DNA from: Alphaproteobacteria bacterium UBA1908
GTDB lineage: Bacteria > Pseudomonadota > Alphaproteobacteria > Caedimonadales > UBA1908
Reading direction: 5' to 3'
DNA length: 64,000 bases
Assembly: GCA_002337525.1 (NCBI GenBank)
Contig: DDGG01000031.1
Span: 18,923 to 82,922, forward strand
The translations under genes were made by a program, and so were the position numbers. Below are positions 59,046-64,000 of the stretch, one piece after another; positions within the stretch are counted from its first letter, which is position 1, and every line of letters starts with the position of its first letter. Under the pieces are notes generated by a model, which did no database searches, had not been told where the DNA came from, and worked only from the letters and a program-made list of their open reading frames with translations.

Positions 59046-62000
59046 TTACTCTTGTCTAAATTTAAGGGCATTATTAATTCTAATGAAATGTGAAGAATAG
59101 TTTGGTAATTTATTTTTTATAATTGCCATAGATTTCTGAAGATAATCTACAGACTTTTCTTTATATGATTCTGACAAGAGCTGATCGCCCTTTTTAAGTG
59201 AGTCTTTATAAAAACCCCAGTAAAGATTACTTAAATTTTCTAAAGCCAGGTACTCATTTAAATGTGAGATTTTTGAAAATGCTTGTAGAGACTTATTGAG
59301 ATAATAATTTGATAAACCATAGTGATGATCTAAAAGAAAACTTCTACCGAGCTCCAGAAAGACTTCTGCTGTTCTTAAGTGATTTTCACCGTATTCATTA
59401 ATAAAACTTTCCAAAACGTTTATTAATAAATTTTGCGCATGTTTATATTCACCTAAATCTATATGAAGTCTAGCTATATTTATTAAAACCCATTTAGTTC
59501 TAATATGTTCTTCCTCATGGTATTTTTTGTATATCTCAAAAGCGTTATTCAAAATGTTTTTAGAGTTTTTATAATCTTTTAGTTCCCTTAATGTATCTCC
59601 CAGAAGTACATTGGTCCAACCTATAAGTATATTATTTTGATCGTACTTACTTTTATAAATTGAAAGTCCCTCTTTTAAAACTTCTTTGGCTTTTGTAAAA
59701 CATCCCATTTCTCTGTATGCATTGCCTAAATAAATCAATACCCAACCAGTTTCAGTGTGTAATGGTCCATAGTGCTTTTTATATTTAGTTAGACCTTTAT
59801 ATAACAAGTTGATTGATTTATTGTAATCACCTAATTCTCTGCTTATATTACCCAAATAAACATACATCAAAGATACCTTTAAGTGATCTTCGCCATAATA
59901 CTCCTTAAAAATTTGCAAGCATTCTTCAAATATAGATTCTGCAAGTGCATATTGTCCCTGGGTTCTATATGTATTTGCTAAATGACGTTTAACATCCGCT
60001 ACTTTGATATGGTCTTTTCCATAGTAATTTTCATATATACGGATACTTTTTTTTAATTGTGTTTCTGCTTTACTGTACTGGCCTAGCTCTCTTTGAATAT
60101 TAGAAAAACTTATTAATGCCCAAGCTATTTTTTGGGGATTTTGTTTATAATGCTTTTTATAAATCTCAATGTTTTCCTGAATTAAATTTATTGCCTCTTC
60201 ATAATTTCCTGCTTCTCTTTGAATATTAGCAAGATGAATAGATTGCTCGGCAACGCTAAAATGATTTTTTCCATATTTTTTTATCTTAAACTGAATACTC
60301 TTATTAATAAGGTCCGTTGCTTTATTAGTGTACCCAAGATAATCATAAATAAGACCTAATCTCCCCATAATAGAATCTCTAATAGACTCATCTAGATAAT
60401 CTGTATTGTCCAAAAAGTGCTGTGTATGAATTTCCAAAAGGCTTACTCTTTGTGTATCTTTGTTCTCTAATGCTTCATTTATATCCTTAATAAGCGTATC
60501 AGAAATTATTTCCAGTAAAGAAATCCTGTCTTTTTTGCTCAAAAATTCAGTAACACAAAAAGGAATTATTTTATGAGAGCTTCTATGCACAGAAAATGCA
60601 GATGTTTTATTATTTATAACAAGAGATTCATCAGTAATCAAAGAGTATCTTTTTAAATAGTGAACAAAGTCATCAACAGAAATACTGTTTTTGTATTTCT
60701 TAAGCAAATCTTTTGGAATATTTTGAGAATCCAGTAGACTTATAAAAAAAAGAAGATCCCTGAAATCAGTATTTTCACGAACTAGGTTTCTAAGAGGTAA
60801 GGCTATAATATCATAACGAGTTTTTGAATACTGGCTTACCTCTTTTAATACATTTTTCTGCATTACAGAGAAAGCTTCAATTTGCTTGGACAGAAGATGA
60901 AGATATTGTTTGTAAGATATATTGCCATCTTTGATATAATATGCTGCAGTTGATGTATCAAGAGGATAATGTGGAATATGTTTAAGAAATTGCTTTATGT
61001 CTTTCTTTGATTTATTGTTTTTTTGTCCAATAATTTTTGTAAATAATTTAAATTTATCTTCTGAAGATAGTTCCCCCGGATTTATTACTTGATCAGCTCC
61101 TATGTAACTATTATTCATGATGTTGCTGTCGCGGGTTGTTATAATAATTTTTCCCTTTCCCCAACTTGTACTATCATAGGGGAAAAAATTTTGGATGTCA
61201 GAGAAAGTTTCTACATTATCATAAATTAAAATCCATCCTGGATTACCTTTAAGTCTTTGCTTAATAAAAAGAAGAAGTCTTTTTTCCCTAATATCTGATT
61301 CCTTAATTTCCTTTATTAATCTTAATTCTCTTTTATCTTCTTCTCTAAAAGTTAGGCTATAAGCCAGGATTTCAAAAGACCTTATAAGGCTCACGTGTGT
61401 TTCTGCGTTTATTTCCCAAATAACATTTGCTTTTTGCAAGCGCCCATAATGTCTGGCTAAGGTTGTTTTCCCGGAACCTCCTACTCCCGCCAGAACCACA
61501 GTTTGAATACCCGAATTATTTTTAAGTTTCTTATCAAGATCTTCCAACAGTTTTTTACGCTTTAATAAAACTGATTTATGTGGCAAGGGTAATTCAGATG
61601 ATATGCTTCTAACACTTAAGAAAGTGGGAGACATCTTTAGGTAAAGAAGACCAAGTGATGAAATAAGAAGTACGACAACCCCTAATATGATGAGCCTGGT
61701 ACTTCTTGCTTTCATGTTTTCTTTATATTTATGAGAAAAAGTTCTTGCCTGGGATACCCTGTGATCATCCTCTAAAAGTGTTGACTCATTACCTTTTAAA
61801 TGCTTGTAATAACGTCTTATCTCATCACTTTTTCCAGATTTCTCGACAAATTCTATGATATTGCTCCGCCCGCCAGAACCTAGTTTTTGGGCAATCAAAT
61901 CAAGATGACTTTCCACTGTGCTTGGCGCAATAGAAAGACGACGTCCAATTTCCTTGATAGTCCATCCACTTGCAACGCAAGAAATTACATCAATCTGTCG

Positions 62001-62072
62001 ACGCGTAAACTTGATACCACAAATCGTTTGTAAATATTTTGTATAGAGATCTTCCGAAGGCTTATTTTTCAT
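59046..62072 (-). CDS. LuxR/GerE HTH - single TM - NB-ARC/STAND NTPase - TPR protein (paralog B)
   Basis: 1008 aa. HTH GIKFTRRQIDVISCVASGWTIKEIGRRLSIAPSTVESHLDLIAQKLG. Hydrophobic LIILGVVVLLISSLGLLYL (aa 127-145) follows KARSTR. Walker A GVGGSGKT (aa 196-203), ILIYDNVE, IIITTRD. Long array of about 42-aa TPRs, e.g. YGKDHIKVADVKRHLANTYRTQGQYALAESIFEECLQIFKEY. Confidence 0.75.
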   Translation of the reverse strand: MKNKPSEDLYTKYLQTICGIKFTRRQIDVISCVASGWTIKEIGRRLSIAPSTVESHLDLIAQKLGSGGRSNIIEFVEKSGKSDEIRRYYKHLKGNESTLLEDDHRVSQARTFSHKYKENMKARSTRLIILGVVVLLISSLGLLYLKMSPTFLSVRSISSELPLPHKSVLLKRKKLLEDLDKKLKNNSGIQTVVLAGVGGSGKTTLARHYGRLQKANVIWEINAETHVSLIRSFEILAYSLTFREEDKRELRLIKEIKESDIREKRLLLFIKQRLKGNPGWILIYDNVETFSDIQNFFPYDSTSWGKGKIIITTRDSNIMNNSYIGADQVINPGELSSEDKFKLFTKIIGQKNNKSKKDIKQFLKHIPHYPLDTSTAAYYIKDGNISYKQYLHLLSKQIEAFSVMQKNVLKEVSQYSKTRYDIIALPLRNLVRENTDFRDLLFFISLLDSQNIPKDLLKKYKNSISVDDFVHYLKRYSLITDESLVINNKTSAFSVHRSSHKIIPFCVTEFLSKKDRISLLEIISDTLIKDINEALENKDTQRVSLLEIHTQHFLDNTDYLDESIRDSIMGRLGLIYDYLGYTNKATDLINKSIQFKIKKYGKNHFSVAEQSIHLANIQREAGNYEEAINLIQENIEIYKKHYKQNPQKIAWALISFSNIQRELGQYSKAETQLKKSIRIYENYYGKDHIKVADVKRHLANTYRTQGQYALAESIFEECLQIFKEYYGEDHLKVSLMYVYLGNISRELGDYNKSINLLYKGLTKYKKHYGPLHTETGWVLIYLGNAYREMGCFTKAKEVLKEGLSIYKSKYDQNNILIGWTNVLLGDTLRELKDYKNSKNILNNAFEIYKKYHEEEHIRTKWVLINIARLHIDLGEYKHAQNLLINVLESFINEYGENHLRTAEVFLELGRSFLLDHHYGLSNYYLNKSLQAFSKISHLNEYLALENLSNLYWGFYKDSLKKGDQLLSESYKEKSVDYLQKSMAIIKNKLPNYSSHFIRINNALKFRQE

Positions 62073-62463
62073 TTGATATATTGAATCTCTTGCTATTCTA
62101 TTAACTTCCCCACAGTTTTAATAATACAATTTTCTTATGTTTTTTTCCTTTTTAGCACATTTCTTATGATGTTACCCGTGATTTCTTCCAGGTCATTTAC
62201 CAGAAGGCAATATGAGTAATATCGATTTTCTATTCTTCTCTCCTGGTATAAGTACTTCGCACATTACAATAAACCAACACATACAGGGTAAAATCTAGTA
62301 AAATTAAAGAGATAACAACATGGCAGGGATAGTCATAGGCTTATAAGGATCGCTCAACAGAGAGCGGCCTTAGTTAGATAACAGAGATTAGAGCTATGAG
62401 TCGCGATGAACGAGGAAGACCCGAACATTGAAGTACAGGAATGGGTTTTAACAGTATGAGTTC

Positions 62464-63477
62464 TTAAAAATGGCCTTTTTGGACAAGAGTTTCCGCAATT
62501 TGGACAGCGTTCAGAGCAGCGCCTTTACGAAGATTATCAGCAACAGCCCAAAAAGTGAGGCCATGAGAAACACTGGTATCCTGTCGGAGCCTGCTAATAA
62601 ACACTTCATCTGATCCTGCACATTCAAGAGGTGTCACATAAAGATCGTCCCTAGGACGGTCTTGAAGAGAAAGACTCTCACTTTGTTCAAAAGCCTCTCG
62701 CGCATCCTCAACAGAGATTTTTTTCTGAAACTCGACGCAAACAGACATTCCATGACCAATAAGAACAGGAACACGAACACAAGTAATTGCAACTTTCAAC
62801 TCTGGAGATAAAACCTTCTTTAATTCAAAAATGATTTTTTCTTCCTCACCAGAATACCCGCTTGCCATAGCATTATCGATATGGGGAATAACATTGTAAG
62901 CAATCTGCTTGCTAAAAACATTGCTGACAACCCCGTCATTAACAAAGATAGCCCGTGTTTGTCGGTATAGCTCATCCATGGCCTGACGTCCTGCCCCGGA
63001 AACAGATTGATAGGTTGACACAACAACGCGCTTTAACGGAGCAATCAAAGACAGAGGCTTTAAAGCCATCGCCAGAGGAATCACAATACAGTTAGGACTC
63101 GCCACAATCTTATTTCCACCTTTCACCAGGTCCCGATTAATTTCTGGCACACAAAGAGGCACAGCGGGATCAAGACGAAAAGCTGACGATTTATCAATCA
63201 CTGTTGCTCCCGACTTAACAATTCGGGGAATATACTTTTCTGCTAAAGAGGTTTCCGCACAGAAAAATACCAGATCGGTACCCTGAAAATTATAGTCAGA
63301 TAAAGCTTGAATAATGAGATCTTGATCACCATAGGATACATTGCTCCCGACAGAACGATCTGACGCTAATGCGGTCACAGTTCCAGAAGGAAAATTTCTT
63401 TCTTCTAAAATTGTCAGAACTTCCCGGCCAACCGTCCCTGTTGCTCCTACAACCGCAATGGATAATGTCATGCTCAT
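62464..63477 (-). CDS. asd: Aspartate-semialdehyde dehydrogenase
   Basis: 337 aa. VVGATGTVGRE NAD(P) motif, active-site SPNC, and SVSGAG. Confidence 0.9.
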   Translation of the reverse strand: MSMTLSIAVVGATGTVGREVLTILEERNFPSGTVTALASDRSVGSNVSYGDQDLIIQALSDYNFQGTDLVFFCAETSLAEKYIPRIVKSGATVIDKSSAFRLDPAVPLCVPEINRDLVKGGNKIVASPNCIVIPLAMALKPLSLIAPLKRVVVSTYQSVSGAGRQAMDELYRQTRAIFVNDGVVSNVFSKQIAYNVIPHIDNAMASGYSGEEEKIIFELKKVLSPELKVAITCVRVPVLIGHGMSVCVEFQKKISVEDAREAFEQSESLSLQDRPRDDLYVTPLECAGSDEVFISRLRQDTSVSHGLTFWAVADNLRKGAALNAVQIAETLVQKGHF

Positions 63478-63503
63478 TCCTTCTCGAGAGTTTTTTTTAC
63501 AAA

Positions 63504-64000
63504 CTAGGCTGCCAACGCTAACGATGGTGCAAGGAAGGGTTTCCCCAAATCTCTTGCCGCCGCTTCATTTGTAATGTGTCCATTGCAAACAGTTAGGCCA
63601 TCCAACAAATGCAAGTTCTGGAGCAAAGCCTTTTCTCCCCCCAAATTAGCAAGCTGAAGAATAAAAGGAAGTGTTGCATGGTTAAGAGCCAGTGTCGATG
63701 TCCGTGCAACGGCACCAGGAATATTGGCAACGCAGTAGTGAATTACTCCATCAACTAAATAAGTCGGATCGTTATGGGTTGTAGGCTTGCTTGTCTCAAA
63801 ACAGCCCCCCTGATCTATCGCAACGTCAACAACTACAGATCCTGGACGCATTTTCGAGATCATATCCCTGGTAATAAGTTTGGGCGCGGAAGCTCCCGGT
63901 AATAAAATAGCACCAATAACAAGATCTGCATTACTGACAAGACGTTCTATATTATCAATCGTTGAATATACTGTGTGAATACGAGCCCCGAAAAGATGGT
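63504..64000 (-). CDS. ald: Alanine dehydrogenase, C-terminal part (5' end beyond the window)
   Basis: VVDVAIDQGGCFETSKPTTHNDPTYLVDGVIHYCVANIPGAVARTSTLAL matches Ald. The frame stays open upstream of the track ORF to nt 64000 (..LVIGAILLPGASAPKLITRDMISKM). Confidence 0.85.
   Translation of the reverse strand, partial: HLFGARIHTVYSTIDNIERLVSNADLVIGAILLPGASAPKLITRDMISKMRPGSVVVDVAIDQGGCFETSKPTTHNDPTYLVDGVIHYCVANIPGAVARTSTLALNHATLPFILQLANLGGEKALLQNLHLLDGLTVCNGHITNEAAARDLGKPFLAPSLALAA

Overview
About 60 genes, mostly housekeeping. Gene content and synteny suggest a moderately AT-rich alphaproteobacterium, possibly host- or amoeba-associated; this is inference only. The supporting blocks are ctaE-SURF1, DUF465, maeB-mgtE, phaC-phaB, rplU-rpmA-obg, mreBCD-mrdA-rodA, ada, clpP-clpX-lon, asd and ald, plus scattered Mla components. 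I saw no rRNA, tRNA, CRISPR array, transposase or integrase. Five things stand out. (1) Two paralogous giant ORFs (14928-17720 and 59046-62072) share an unusual order: N-terminal LuxR/GerE HTH, one predicted TM helix, NB-ARC/STAND P-loop NTPase, then a long kinesin-light-chain-type TPR array. The second copy lies in a visibly AT-richer patch, 6 nt upstream of a secreted M15 peptidoglycan peptidase gene. (2) A small cassette at 23152-24479 holds a strongly RBS-preceded 34-aa lipobox/Cys peptide ORF, a divergent LuxI-like (autoinducer-synthase-fold) protein and a divergent XRE regulator. (3) A complete LssB/LssD/TolC-type type I secretion system has no recognisable substrate gene nearby. (4) fliQ-fliR sit alone, without other flagellar export genes. 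(5) Several unannotated micro-ORFs are tightly coupled to the metal ABC operon and to phaC, and there are palindromes and direct repeats in intergenic regions. All functional calls rest on motif recognition by eye and need HMM and structure searches to confirm.
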